A DNA stretch of 64,000 nucleotides from Eledone cirrhosa (lineage: Eukaryota): contig OZ024758.1 in NCBI GenBank assembly GCA_964016885.1, positions 25,792,001 through 25,856,000 of the forward strand. The letters are read 5' to 3'. Both the position numbers and the translations under genes were made by a program. Of this stretch, positions 1 through 11,454 are shown in pieces; the first letter of the stretch is position 1, and each line of letters starts with the position of its first letter. Under the pieces are notes generated by a model that was given only the letters and a program-made list of their open reading frames with translations, was not told the DNA's origin and did not search any database.

Positions 1-430
1 CACGTTCACAAGAAGACTTCTTGATATTAATGTTGTGGAGGGAGTATGTGGACGCTGGGTTTTTACTCCCAAAATGCATGGTGGTACACTTGTCCACAGC
101 TAGCTTGAGTTGCCAGTCTGTGCTCCATTGTTGCATTGTGTCCAGGTCAGATTGCAGGCAAGATCTATAGTGTTCAGGATCTGTCCTTTTTATCTCAAGG
201 TACAGCTTGATGTCATCTGCATATTTCAGTACTGTGGCATTCTTTAAGTTGGCATCTATGTCATTAATATATGCCACAAACAAAAGGGGACCAAGAACAG
301 ATCCCTGTGGTACACCAGATTACATCTCATATGGTGAGAAATGCTGTCCTAGAACCGTGACTACCTCTCTTCGACTGAGAATGAAGGACTTCAACCAGTT
401 AAAAAGATCATCGTTCACACCCATTGCAGG
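1..430 (-). mobile_element. CR1/L2-clade LINE reverse transcriptase fragment (degenerate)
   Basis: The minus strand reads SGVPQGSVLGPLLFVAYINDIDANLKNATVLKYADDIKLY, containing the RT motifs PQGSVLGP and YADD. An in-frame stop lies just before SGVPQG. Confidence 0.9.
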
Positions 431-586
431 GACCCGAGAGTACCTTATGAGCTGTGGCCTAAGATTGCAGCTGAAGATAGAGTAAATCTTAAATACTTAG
501 TTCCCAACATGTTTAAACAATGATTCACTAACCACAAAATATTTCATTAGAAATATGGAAATGAAAGGTTAAAGTTATAGTTATCT

Positions 587-873
587 TACTCCTTTAGTAT
601 TTAAACCAGCCATATCCAGTCAGAATTCTGTTCAAAATAGCCATAACCAGCTGTTCATACTGATGTTAAGGTATTGTTCTCAAAATAAATAATATCAAAA
701 TCTCGTAGATTCGATATTAAGTGAGATAATTATGTGAGGTAAAGCCTTTACCATGAAAATACAATAGTGTATATAGAGTAATGTAAATGTTATGTGAGAT
801 ATTATGTGAGGTAAAGCCTTTACTGTGAAAATACAATAGTATATATAGAGTAATGTAAATGCTAAAGGGTTAA
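587..873 (+). mobile_element. ~230-bp TTAA-flanked piggyBac-like MITE (family 1)
   Basis: Family termini are TTAACCCTTTAGCATT...AATGCTAAAGGGTTAA (5' end decayed in this copy). The same body recurs at ~1971-2405, 3800-3984, 6620-7064, 25171-25570, 33812-33955, 49356-49564, 53368-53628, 53938-54281, 54405-54930 and 63835-64000. Confidence 0.7.
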
Positions 874-968
874 GGCATACATATAATAGTGCATAATATT
901 TAGCTTTTTGTTAATTTAAAACAGAGAACAACATTTATGGATTCATCATTGTGTTTTTTTTAAACAGA

Positions 969-1100
969 CGTGGTGGTGGTTGTGAAGATGATGATGGTGA
1001 TGGTGATGATGGTGATGGTGATGATGGTGATGGTGATGGTGATGATGATGGTGATGGTGATGATGGTGATGGTGATGATGGTGATGGTGATGATGATGAT
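969..1100. repeat. (GAT/GGT)n microsatellite
   Basis: Direct reading of the sequence. Confidence 0.95.
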
Positions 1101-1629
1101 TATCTCCATTACAGATGGAAGTACTTTGTATAAATGTTATTCTCAGTTAAAAATTAACAAAAAATCAAAACATTTTGCACTATTATAATTTTGCTTCAAG
1201 ATAATATAATTTAACCCATTCATTTGCATACTTCTAATAAAATATCTTTTATTTTAATTAAAAAACCCTTTCATGACCGCATTTCTTACGCACTTCGAGG
1301 GATTTACTAAAATTATTAATTATTTCAGTGATTATCATGTTTCCTCCTGTTGTTTAATTACTAAGATAGTAACTTAATATAAGGTTCTTATATAAAATTA
1401 TGTTGGAAAATTTTAAATTAAATTGGAAACCCTTTACCATTTTTACATTATTGTAAATGGTAAAGGGTTAAAGGTTAACCCTTTACCATTTACATTATGG
1501 TATCAAAAGGGTTAATGGAAAGGATCAATCTGAAATTACCATATATACTTGAATATAAGCCAATCCAAATATAAGCTAACCCCTATCTTATGTCTGAGAA
1601 ATGGGCAAAAATCCTGTTTATAAGCTGAT

Positions 1630-1971
1630 GGAGGCACATGGCTTAGTGGTTAGGGCATTGGCCTTGCAATCGAAAAGTTGTGAGTTCAATTCTCAGACCG
1701 GGTAATGTGTTGTTTCCTTGAGCAAGAGACTTTATTTCACATTGCTCCAGTTTACTCAGCTGTAGAAATGAGATGATAGGACTGGGGTCCCTATCATTCC
1801 ACTGCAAAGTGGACGTGTAGGCGCCACGGAAAAAAGCACCCAGCACTCACTGTAAATGAGGTTGGTGTTAGGAAGGGCATCCAGCTGTAGAAATCAAGCC
1901 AGAATCAGTTCCCATCCCACCCTTGCAAGCAGGGAAAAGCGGACGTAAAATGATGATGATGATGATGATGA
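1630..1971 (+). mobile_element. tRNA-head SINE with RTE-derived 3' tail (family A)
   Basis: A box TGGCTTAGTGG and B box GAGTTCAATTC, a CCTTGAGCAAGA core and a GGAAGGGCATCCAGC domain. The tail CCCACCCTTGCAAGCAGGGAAAAGCGGACGTAAAA(TGA)n is shared with the RTE LINE at 42240-42845. Confidence 0.9.
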
Positions 1972-2405
1972 TTACTCTATATACACTATTGTATTTTTGT
2001 GATAAAGGCTTCATCTTACATAATTATCTCACATAATACTGAATCTATGAGATTTTGATGTTATTTATTTTGAGAACAAAACTTTAACCTTTTAATGTTC
2101 AAACCAGCCAGAATTCTCTACCTTTTTCTGTTGAAACTGGCTGTAACTGGTCGCTCAAACTGATGTTAAGGTATTGTTCTCAAAATAAATACTTTCAAAA
2201 TCTCATAGATTCGATATTATGTGAGATAATTTTGCAAGATAAAGCCATTTTGCAAGATAAAGCCTTTACCATAAAAATATAATAGTATATATAGAGTAAT
2301 GAGAATGCTAAAGGGTCAGTATGAGTGGCTGGTTACAGCCGGTTTGAACAGAAAGAGGTGAGAGAATTCTGGCCAGATACAGCTGGTTTAAATGCTAAAG
2401 GGTTA
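1971..2405. mobile_element. Nested MITE-in-MITE (family 1)
   Basis: A minus-strand copy is split at its internal TTAA (~2085) by a plus-strand copy (~2085-2316) and resumes at ~2317. Confidence 0.65.
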
Positions 2406-2854
2406 AAATAGGTGTTTTATTTAATAGAACCAGAACCAGTTTTGGCCAAGTTGGTAACAAAAGGATTAATGAAGAATTTTGGAAGAATTTACAAAAATTA
2501 TAATTTCATTAAGATGGTATTTGTAACATAACAAAATGTTCTTATATAAAATTATGCTAGAAACTTTGAATTAAAGGAAGAATCCTTTAAAATGCGTGGT
2601 TTTGTTTCATAGAAACAGAAGTAGTCTTGGTATCAAAAGGGTTAATGGAAAGGATCATTCTGAAATTACCATATATACTTGAATATAAGCCAATCCAAAT
2701 ATAAGCTAACCCCTAACTTATGTCTGAGAAATGGGCAAAAATTATGTTTATAAGCTGATTTCCCAGACACTGGATTAAATAGCTTTCGTATAACAAAGAG
2801 TGATTTATAGTTATTAATAGTGTTTTATTTAATGATGAGTATAAAACATACTCA

Positions 2855-3010
2855 TGATGCTAGAGCTGTGAAATCTTGCATGCATTAATTTTAACTCTTC
2901 TTATTAATAACTGCATTGTTTCTTTCCAGGGACTATGTTGAAAAATAAACCTCATTTGGTAAATCCATGAGAGTATCTTGGTCAGTTTATGAACTTTTCA
3001 GCCAACCTTT
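2855..3010 (+). mobile_element. Single monomer of the mariner-derived MITE whose interior is amplified at 29.8-31.3 kb
   Basis: Near-identical to the 143-bp unit. Contains GGGACTATGTTGAAAAATAA and ends in the TIR-like ATGAACTTTTCAGC. Confidence 0.7.
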
Positions 3011-3069
3011 GTAGTAGGAAAGTACAGATTTGATAACACTGACCCAGTCACATATTATAAAACAATGTA

Positions 3070-3107
<38 letters not shown>

Positions 3108-3224
3108 TGAGTGAGTGAGTGAGTGAGTGAGTGAGTGAGTGAGTGAGTGAGTGAGTGAGCGAGAGAGAGAGAGAGTTGAACCTGCATCAGGTATAATATG
3201 TGTGTTCCTTTTGTGTGATCAATG

Positions 3225-3415
3225 GAGCAGCCTGGTCATGAAATTAATGTGGAAGTGACTAAGCATTCTATTGATACATATATTAATTCTCAGGGAGATT
3301 CAGTTTGACACAGTGTAACACAAGTCTAGCCCTTATTTTCCAGCTCAGTGAACTGTAGCAACGTGAAATAAAGTGTCTTGCTCAAGGACACAATGCACCA
3401 CCCAGTCCTGGAAGT
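3225..3415 (-). mobile_element. Old SINE fragment
   Basis: Carries the GTGAAATAAAGTGTCTTGCTCAAGGACACAA core shared with family A but has a different body. Confidence 0.6.
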
Positions 3416-4644
3416 AAATTCAGAAGTTACTGGTGCTGCAACAACCTCTCTAGTGCTAGAAACAATATATTGCACTCAGTACACTATGTAAAGTGTTAAT
3501 GTTGGTAGTATAATAAAATGAACCAAGTCCACTTGGGAAAATGGTAGTGCTGGTACCATGAAAAACACAACTGAGGAAATGTCATGAGACATGCACCCTA
3601 CACACCCTGTAAAGTGTTTAGCATAAGGAAGGGCCTCTAGCAAAGAAACCATGCCAAATAAGGAATGTAATGATCTCAGACTGTGACAACCCATCCAACC
3701 CATACCAAAACTTCTGAAACTGTCCCTGATTCTATGATAAAAACAAAATTAAAAAAACCCCATCTATTTTAAAGTGTTTGCATGTATGAATAGTTTCATA
3801 AACCAGCCAGAATTCTCTCACCTCCTTCTGTTCAAATCAGCTGTAACTGGCCACTTATACTGATGTTAAGGTATTGTTCTCAAAATAAATAACATCAAAA
3901 TCTAATAGATTCAATATTATGTGAGATAACATCTTTACCACAAAAATACAATAGTAAATATAGAGTAATGTAAATGCTAAAGGGAATGCAAAATGAATGC
4001 TGATGAGTTAACACCCTAACCACTAAACCACACACTTTCATGAAACACAAATAATATAACTCTGGTTACAGACAAACTAGCTAGTTAACCCACAACATAA
4101 TGGATAAATCTAAATTTATAATGAAAAAGTTTTCACCAAAAATAAATAAGGTTACGAAAACAAACTGTTCAATAATATTTTATCAGATAAATACAGTTAC
4201 CAACTGATTTCCCAGACACTGGATTAAATAGCTTTCACATAACAAAAGAGTGATTTATAGTTATTAATAGTGTTTTATCTCACCAAAGTCAACTTTGCCT
4301 CTATCAAAATAAGAATACTGCAAGCGAAATAATTGACTATACACTCTCCAAAGTTGTAGCATTGTTATGAGAAAGCAGTTACATTTTCAAATTGTTTTAT
4401 TTGAAATTACTAAAAATTGTTAGATAAGTTCTTAAAAAATGGTAAAGCTGATGTAAAAGTTATCTCAACTCATTGTTAAAGAAATAGCTGCATAGATTCT
4501 AATTATTAGTGTTTGGTTTATTTTAATTTAATCCTATTTATTTCCCAATGAAGTTTAGACCAAATGAAATTGTTTCTTATAAAAGGAAATAGGTTTAGCA
4601 GTGAACAAAAATTTTCTAGTTAATATTTAGTTGAGGAGCTAAGA

Positions 4645-4924
4645 AGGTCCAGGGGTCGCTGGGGCCTAAGGGGATGGTAGAGATGATATAATAGTATATT
4701 AAATATCAAATGATACATATATATAAATATAGTAAAATAAAAAATATATAATATATAGTTATACATAGTATATATTATATTATTTATTATATATAAATTA
4801 ATGATTTTATTTATTATATGTTATTTATAATTTGTGTGTAGGTCAATAGAAATAGTTGTGGGGGCGCTGAGGGTATTACGTGGCTGTGATGAGGGTGGTG
4901 GCCCCAAAAGTTTGAGAACCTCTG
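4645..4924. mobile_element. hAT (Charlie-like) MITE remnant
   Basis: The terminus AAGTTTGAGAACCTCTG is the reverse complement of a CAGAGGTTCTCAAAC-type TIR. The other end was not found. Confidence 0.5.
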
Positions 4925-5394
4925 AGTTACAAGGGTGAAAATGTGTTAGGTTCTAGTGGAAGTAAAAATTTAGAATTAGAATATTAAAAATGTTTTGTTT
5001 TACAGAAAATAAATAGAATTTAATGTTTGAGGATTATCACATCACAATCATGACTATTAATTTAACCCTTTCATTACCATATTTCTAAATGAAAGTTACT
5101 AAAAGAATTTTGAAAATGACAAGAACATTCTCTGGTGTTTGGAGCATAACTTAACAAATATTCTTGTATAAAATTATGACGGAAGGTTTTTAGATTAATA
5201 TAAACACTTTAAAAGCAGAAAATTGGCAGAGTCATTAGAACGTCAGATAGAATGCTTGTGGTATTAGTTTCAGTTCTCTGCTCAAATCCCACCATGGTCA
5301 ACTTTGCTTTTCATCTATTCGAGGTTGATAAAAAAAATACCAGTCAAGTACTGGGGTAGATTCTTCCTCTATACATATTTCCCACTTCCATTCT

Positions 5395-5744
5395 GGAGGC
5401 ACATGGCTTAGTGGTTAGAGCATTGGGCTTGCAATCGAAAGGTTGTGAGTTCAATTCTCAGACCGGGTGATGTGTTGTTTCCTTGAGCAAGACACTTTAT
5501 TTCACGTTGCTCCAGTTTACTCAGCTGTAGAAATGAGATGATAGGGACTGGGGTCCATATCATTCCACTGTAAAGTGGTCGTGGAGGTGCCACGGCAAAA
5601 AAGCACCCAGCACTCACTGTAAATGAGGTTGGTGTTAGGAAGGGCATCCAGCTGTAGAAATCAAGCCAGAATCTGTTCCCGTCCCACCCTTGCAAGCAGG
5701 GAAAAGCGGACGTAAAATGAAATGATGATGATGATGATGATGAT
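5395..5744 (+). mobile_element. SINE family A
   Basis: Full head-to-tail copy with ATTCT on both sides. Confidence 0.9.
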
Positions 5745-6080
5745 TCTCTCACACTTCTCCCACCACAGTCAACTTTGCTTTTCTTCTATTCGAAGTTGAT
5801 AAAAAAAGTACCAGTCAAGTACTGGGGTAGATTCTTCCTCTATACATATTTCCCACTTCCATTCTCTCACTCTATCTCTATCCTTCTCTGGAAGAAATCT
5901 GCTGTATTCAGACATGAAGAGGGATGGGTTCCACCAGGTTTTAAAATGCCCTAGAAATGGTGTATGTCAATACGGCACTCCTGTAACTCCCTCGGGAATT
6001 ATAGGACTATACATACATGTAAACAATCAAAAGAGATGTGTTTTTATCATAGAATCAGGGACAGTTTCAGGAGGTTTGGT

Positions 6081-6467
6081 ATCATCATCATTTTACGTCC
6101 GCTTTTTCCCTGCTTGCAAGGGTGGGACGGGAACTGATTCTGGCTTGATTTCCACAGCTGGATGCCCTTCCTAACACCAACCTCATTTACAGTGAGTGCT
6201 GGGTGCTTTTTTTTTTTTTCGTGGCGCCTACACATCCTCTTTACAGTGTGGGCTGGGTGCTTTTTTGCTGTGGCACCTCCACGACCACTTTGCAGTGGAA
6301 TGATAGGGACCCCAGTCCTATCATCTCATTTCTACAGCTGAGTAAACTGGAGCAATGTGAAATAAAGTGTCTTGTTCAAGGAAACAACACATCACCCGGT
6401 CTGAGAATTGAACTCACAACCTTTCCATTGCAAGCCCAATGCTCTAACCACTAAGCCATGTGCCTCC
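6081..6467 (-). mobile_element. SINE family A
   Basis: Full reverse-strand copy, inverted relative to 5395-5744. Confidence 0.9.
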
Positions 6468-7211
6468 TATCATAAGCGTTAATTCATACACTTATATCTA
6501 TAGTCATTGGTTATCTGGAGTAGTTTCATCTCACATCTGTCACCATGAATAACTGGAAATATCATGTAAATAAATTTCCCTACTGTACAGCAAGTATAAT
6601 ATAAAGGGTTCTCACATTGTTAACCCTTTAGCATTTAAACCAGCCATATCCAGCCAGAATTCTCTCACTTCTTTCTGTTCAAACTGGCTATAACTGGCTA
6701 CTCATAACGATGTTAAGGTATTGTTCTCAAAATAAATAATATTAAAATTTCGTAGCTTCAATATTATGTGAGAATTATGTGAGGTAAAGCCTTTACTGTG
6801 AAAATATAATAGTATATATATATATAGAGTGATGTGAATACTAAAGGGTTAAACCGGCTCTATCTCGCTAGAATTTTCTCACCTCTTTCTGTTGAAACCA
6901 GCTGTAATTGGCCACTCATACTAATGTTAAGGTATTGTTCTCAAAATAAATAATATTAAAACCTCATAGATTCAATATTACATGAAATATTATGTGAGAT
7001 AATAAAGGTTTTACTATGAAAATACAATAGTATGTATAGTATAATGTAAATTGTAAAGGATTAAATAAACTATAGCCAAGTAAGTAACACAGATTTGCAT
7101 ATAGATGATTTAGTGATATCCTGTATAGAATTTAGACATAATATACCAGAGACATTCCTTTCCTAGAAACCAAAGGCAGGATGAAGAGGATTCTTAAGTG
7201 AAATAACCCAC

Positions 7212-7355
7212 CTTAAGCTTGTTAGCCCAATCTACACCAGTTACAGCAGCTGCAGGCACCTGTACAATCTGGCCAGCAGGTAGATGGCTATCCTTCAACT
7301 TTGCAGCTATTTCTTGAGACATAACCATATGGGTACCATTGGGAGTGGAGGTGGC
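7212..7355 (-). CDS. Internal coding exon (144 nt, phase 0-0) of the host gene
   Basis: Acceptor tgttacttattgcAG and donor AAG|GTgggt. Open frame ATSTPNGTHMVMSQEIAAKLKDSHLPAGQIVQVPAAAVTGVDWANKLK. Non-repetitive, and phase-compatible with the exon ending at 24717. Confidence 0.8.
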
Positions 7356-7477
7356 CTGCAATAAGTAACAGACATGGTTAAATTGGACCCTATCTTTTTA
7401 GGATGCTTTTGCAAAAGCATATTTTAGAAACTTGAAAATAGTAAATCTGTTATAATAAACATTATTTTAATGAATAA

Positions 7478-7672
7478 TAAGTAAAATAAATTATCAAATA
7501 ACAATAAAAAAAAAGTGAATTGCCTACCAATATAATCAACATATATATACATATCATCATCATCGTTTAACGTCCATGTTAAACGATGATGATGATATAT
7601 ATATATATGTTGATTATATTGGTAGGCAATTCATTTTTTTTTTTATTGTTATTTGATAATTTATTTTACTTA
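7478..7672. repeat. Near-perfect fold-back palindrome (~94-bp arms, 6-nt loop)
   Basis: Arms mirror around CATCGTTTAAC-GTCCAT-GTTAAACGATG, which is an RTE/SINE tail stub. Confidence 0.9.
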
Positions 7673-7674
7673 TA

Positions 7675-7707
<33 letters not shown>

Positions 7708-7752
7708 GTGACGATACATAAGTCAATTGCATGAACTCATAATCCTTTATAT

Positions 7753-7808
7753 ACTGCTATATATATTTCGATGATAGCCATTGAATGGCTATGACCTCAT
7801 CAGGTAGT
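7753..7808 (-). ncRNA. Type I hammerhead ribozyme motif
   Basis: actac-CTGATGA-ggt c atagccat tca atggctat c atc-GAAA-tatata-TA-gcagt. Core complete, long stem II, palindromic stem III (ATATATAT), AUA triplet, and stem I with one mismatch. Confidence 0.7.
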
Positions 7809-7869
7809 TAGTCAGTTCTTAGATATGCCAGTTCTGTGTTTATAGTGTTGATGGTATCAGAGCCTTGGG

Positions 7870-7954
<85 letters not shown>

Positions 7955-7957
<3 letters not shown>

Positions 7958-8283
7958 GCGCATGGCTTAGAGCATTGGGCTTGCAGTCGAAAGGATGTGA
8001 GTTCGATTCTCGAACCGGGTGATGCGTTGTGTCCTTGAGCAAGACACTTTATTTTCATGTTGCTCCAGTTTACTCAGCTGTAGAAATGAGATGTGACGTC
8101 ACTGGCGCCAAGCTGTATCGGCCATTGTCTTTCCCTTGGGCAACATCAGTGGCAGGGAGAGGGGAGATTGGTATCCATGGGCGACTGCTGGTCTTCCACA
8201 AACAACCTTGCCCTGATTCGCACCTTGGGGGGAAACTTTCTAGGTGCAAACCTCATGGTCATTCGTGACCAAACGGGGTTTTC
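7955..8283 (+). mobile_element. SINE with family-A head and core but a different 3' body
   Basis: Matches family A up to GTAGAAATGAGATG, then diverges. Confidence 0.75.
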
Positions 8284-8289
8284 AGTATA

Positions 8290-8945
8290 TATATAATAAT
8301 AATAATAATGAAATTATTGTGTACAGTGCTCAGGTGCACCACAACTCATCAAAAAGTGTATGTATAGTACATAGGGTAGTGTACAAACATCAGGAAAATG
8401 AACAGTGCATGAGTCATGATATACACATAATAATGAAATTATTGTGTAAAGTGCTCAGGTGCACTACAACTCGTCAAAGGTGTATGTATAGTACATAGAA
8501 TAATACACAAATGTCAGGGAAGTACATGTGTGTATGTGTTAGCTGTAGTGTTGGCGGATCTCGGGAAGCATGGAGGCCTTAAAGGATGCAGTGTCTCGAC
8601 AGCTAACAACCGATGCAGTTAGTTTGTTCCATGGAGGTTTTAAAGGATGCAGTGTCTCGACAGCTAACAACCGATGCAGTTAGTTTGTTCCATGGAGGTT
8701 TTAAAGGATGCAGTGTCTCGACAGCTAACAACCGATGCAGTTAGTTTGTTCTATGGAGGTTTTAAAGGATGCAGTGTCTCGACAGCTAACAACTGATGCA
8801 GGTAGTTTGTTCTATGCTTCAGCAACTCTGAGCGTGAAAAAATGTTTCCGAAAGTCATGGGAACTGTGTTGTTTTCTTACTTTGTGGGCATGTCCACGTG
8901 TGTTAGACACATGGAAATCGAAAAGGCACTCAGGGTTGTTGTTGG
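8290..8945 (-). mobile_element. CR1-like LINE 3' end with duplicated tail and four copies of a 61-bp internal repeat
   Basis: Encodes TRGHAHKVRKQHSSHDFRKHFFTLRVAEA, a CR1 C-terminal motif. Has an (ATT)n tail and a 61-bp unit at 8570-8810. Confidence 0.8.
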
Positions 8946-9463
8946 CAATATCCACGGAATAGGCAGACCCAGAAAAACCTGGGACGAGCTGATAAACTCC
9001 GACCTCACACACTTACGCCTCACCAAGACAATGTCACTGGACCGAGACCTTTGGCGGTACTCAGTAATAGAGAAGACCCGCCTTGCCAGTAGGCATCTCT
9101 AACAAAATACACCCCGTCCCACCCCCACCACCCCCACCCCATCCTCACCACCCCGTTCTATGTAAGGTTATGTTGGTGCCGCGCCATCCAGGCCGAAACA
9201 AATGAGGTCGTGTAGGTGTCACGACAAAAAAACACATAGTCCACGCTGTAATGTGGCCGTGTAGGCAACACGGTAAAAACCTCCCAGACCCACACTGTAA
9301 ATGTGGTTGGTGTTAGGAAGGGCATCCAACTGTAGAAAACCTGCCAGACAGTCCTATGCGAGCAAGAAAATCACTCTTGCCTCAAGTGGGACTACCCCCG
9401 TCCAAACCCATGCAAGCGTGGAACACGGACGTTAAACGTTGATGATGATGATGATGATGATAT
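8946..9463 (+). mobile_element. RTE-derived element family B (ORF end plus long 3' region, 1 internal unit)
   Basis: GRPRKTWDELINSDL...DRDLWR is an RTE C-terminus. Followed by the GGAAGGGCATCC domain and a GTTAAACG(ATG)n tail. Confidence 0.75.
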
Positions 9464-9659
9464 AAACGGCAAAAATGAAACGAAATTTCATTTCCCACTC
9501 TTAGTACGGCTGTTACTTAAATATAAGTATGTACACGTACATACATATATGTATACAGACGTACAGTAGTATGTATATATATATATACATACATGCACAC
9601 ATATATATATGTACGTATGGATTCACCGAACATTTATTATAATGCTCGGTGTGTTTGTA

Positions 9660-9706
<47 letters not shown>

Positions 9707-9804
9707 ATTATATTATATTATTTATGTTCATACAGGGAATGCAAGGTTTCAAGGCCCAAATTTGACTATATCTCCAGAAAACAAAAAGCTTCAATTATAT
9801 ATAT

Positions 9805-10147
9805 GGAGGCACATGGCTTAGTGGTTAGGGCATTGGCCTTGCAATCGAAAGGTTGTGAGTTCAATTCTCAGACCAGGTGATGTGTTGTTTCCTTGAGCAA
9901 GACACTTTATTTCACATTGCTCCAGTTTACTCAGCTGTAGAAATGAGATGATAGGGACTGGGGTCCCTATCATCCCACTGCAAAGTGGTCGTGGAGGTGC
10001 CACGGAAAAAAAAGCACCCAGCACTCACTGTAAATGAGGTTGGTGTTAGGAAGGGCATCCAGCTGTAGAAATCAAGCCAGAATCAGTTCCCGTCCCACCC
10101 TTGCAAGCAGGGAAAAGCGGACGTAAAATGAAATGATGATGATGATA
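9805..10147 (+). mobile_element. SINE family A
   Basis: Full copy. Confidence 0.9.
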
Positions 10148-10155
10148 TATATATA

Positions 10156-10349
10156 TTTTAATATAGATGGGATTCTACAGGACTAGAACTGTTTCATTCT
10201 TGAGAAATCATCAGGAGATTCCTGATGATTTCTCAAGAATGAAACAGTTTTAGTCCTGTAGAATCTCATCTATATTAAAACTTTTATACTCTGCTATGCA
10301 TTAAGTACCTTACTTACTGTGGTTGCCTCCGATTCAACTCGGAATAACC
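10156..10349 (+). mobile_element. Penelope-like fold-back insert in (TA)n
   Basis: ~60-bp inverted arms (10156-10216 and 10220-10280) plus a unique tail, flanked by TA repeats. Confidence 0.7.
10215..10267 (+). ncRNA. Type I hammerhead ribozyme motif
   Basis: gagattc-CTGATGA-t ttc tcaa gaa t-GAAA-cag ttttagtc ctg-TA-gaatctc. Stem I is 7 bp, stem III is 4 bp, and the triplet is GUA. Confidence 0.75.
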
Positions 10350-10380
<31 letters not shown>

Positions 10381-10658
10381 CAATATGGATACAGTAAAAA
10401 CCTATTTAGACCATTACTCACGAGAGTACTCAATACTTGTGTGGGTAGAGGATAGTTATATGAAAGAGTCGGGGTCTCAATGCTTTTATGTGTGTGTGTG
10501 TGTGTATGTGTGTGTGTGTGTCTATATATATATATAATAGAGTATATAGAGAAGAAAACACAAAAAAGGGGTATGTTTTCAAGGGGTAGAGAACCACTAG
10601 AGTCATTAAATTACAGGGGATCAACACGAGTTTTTAACTCCGTTTTTTTTTTCATTTG

Positions 10659-10690
<32 letters not shown>

Positions 10691-10696
10691 GTATGT

Positions 10697-11325
10697 ATGT
10701 ATATATATATATGTATGTCAGGTCACCAGTTGGTGCTACTGGTAACATGTATCCCAGTACAACCTGTCTCATGGTCGAGTCGTTGGCGACTAAACTGGCA
10801 ACCCCACCAAGGTTCCTCGGTGAGGAGGGTGACTTTGGACATCCTGCAGGACTAAAAACTAAACCTGTCAAAGGGCAAAGGAGCTCTTAACAGTCAATGG
10901 TCATCCAAAATCACCGAGAGAGATGACCCCTTAGCCTTTGTCAAGCAGAATTCTAGGAGAAGGAAAACTCTGATATAACACCTGCAACCCTGATGGTATC
11001 CAATGATGTTGACTTGTTCTTCTTTTTGGTAAATATCATCTTGGTTAAGAGAGTGGGACTGGCTTTGTGCAGTGCCTTTTCTCACTATAAAAGCTTCACG
11101 GCACAGGCATTGCTTTATATCTGGAGATCTCTCTGCACTTGTCGTCACATGGTACCATGGGCCCAGCACTATGTGTCAGTAATTGTCACAAGTGTAGTCT
11201 TTGTACCAGAGTTTTCAAGTCACTGGCTGAACTAAAAAGTCACACTCGTTCAGCGCATCAGTAGGGGTTGTCCCACATGGATATAAAGTAGTGGCCGTAC
11301 TCGAAAACGAGTTGGCAGCCACCAT
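10697..11325 (+). mobile_element. Structured non-autonomous element (RTE 5'-like); second copy at 27742-28278
   Basis: Two related copies between TA/CA repeats. Both have a GGAGAAGG(A/C)AACTC motif and a terminal hairpin around CTCG...CGAG. Confidence 0.55.
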
Positions 11326-11454
11326 GTATGTATGTATATATGTATGTATCTATGGTCCTGTAACTGCTGATAGAGTTGTCAGGGGCGCTGTATGTCAATA
11401 CAGCGTTTCTTGAGAATTTTAACCCAGGCAGAACCCATCCCTCTCCAGGCCTAT

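Noticed and set aside
1630-1700. tRNA gene
   Set aside because: A and B boxes are present but there is no intact cloverleaf. It is the SINE head, repeated many times in the window.
10697-10870. HDV-like or twister ribozyme
   Set aside because: A P1-like pairing and GAGGAGGG are present, but the HDV P3/L3/P1.1 arrangement and the twister core could not be fitted.
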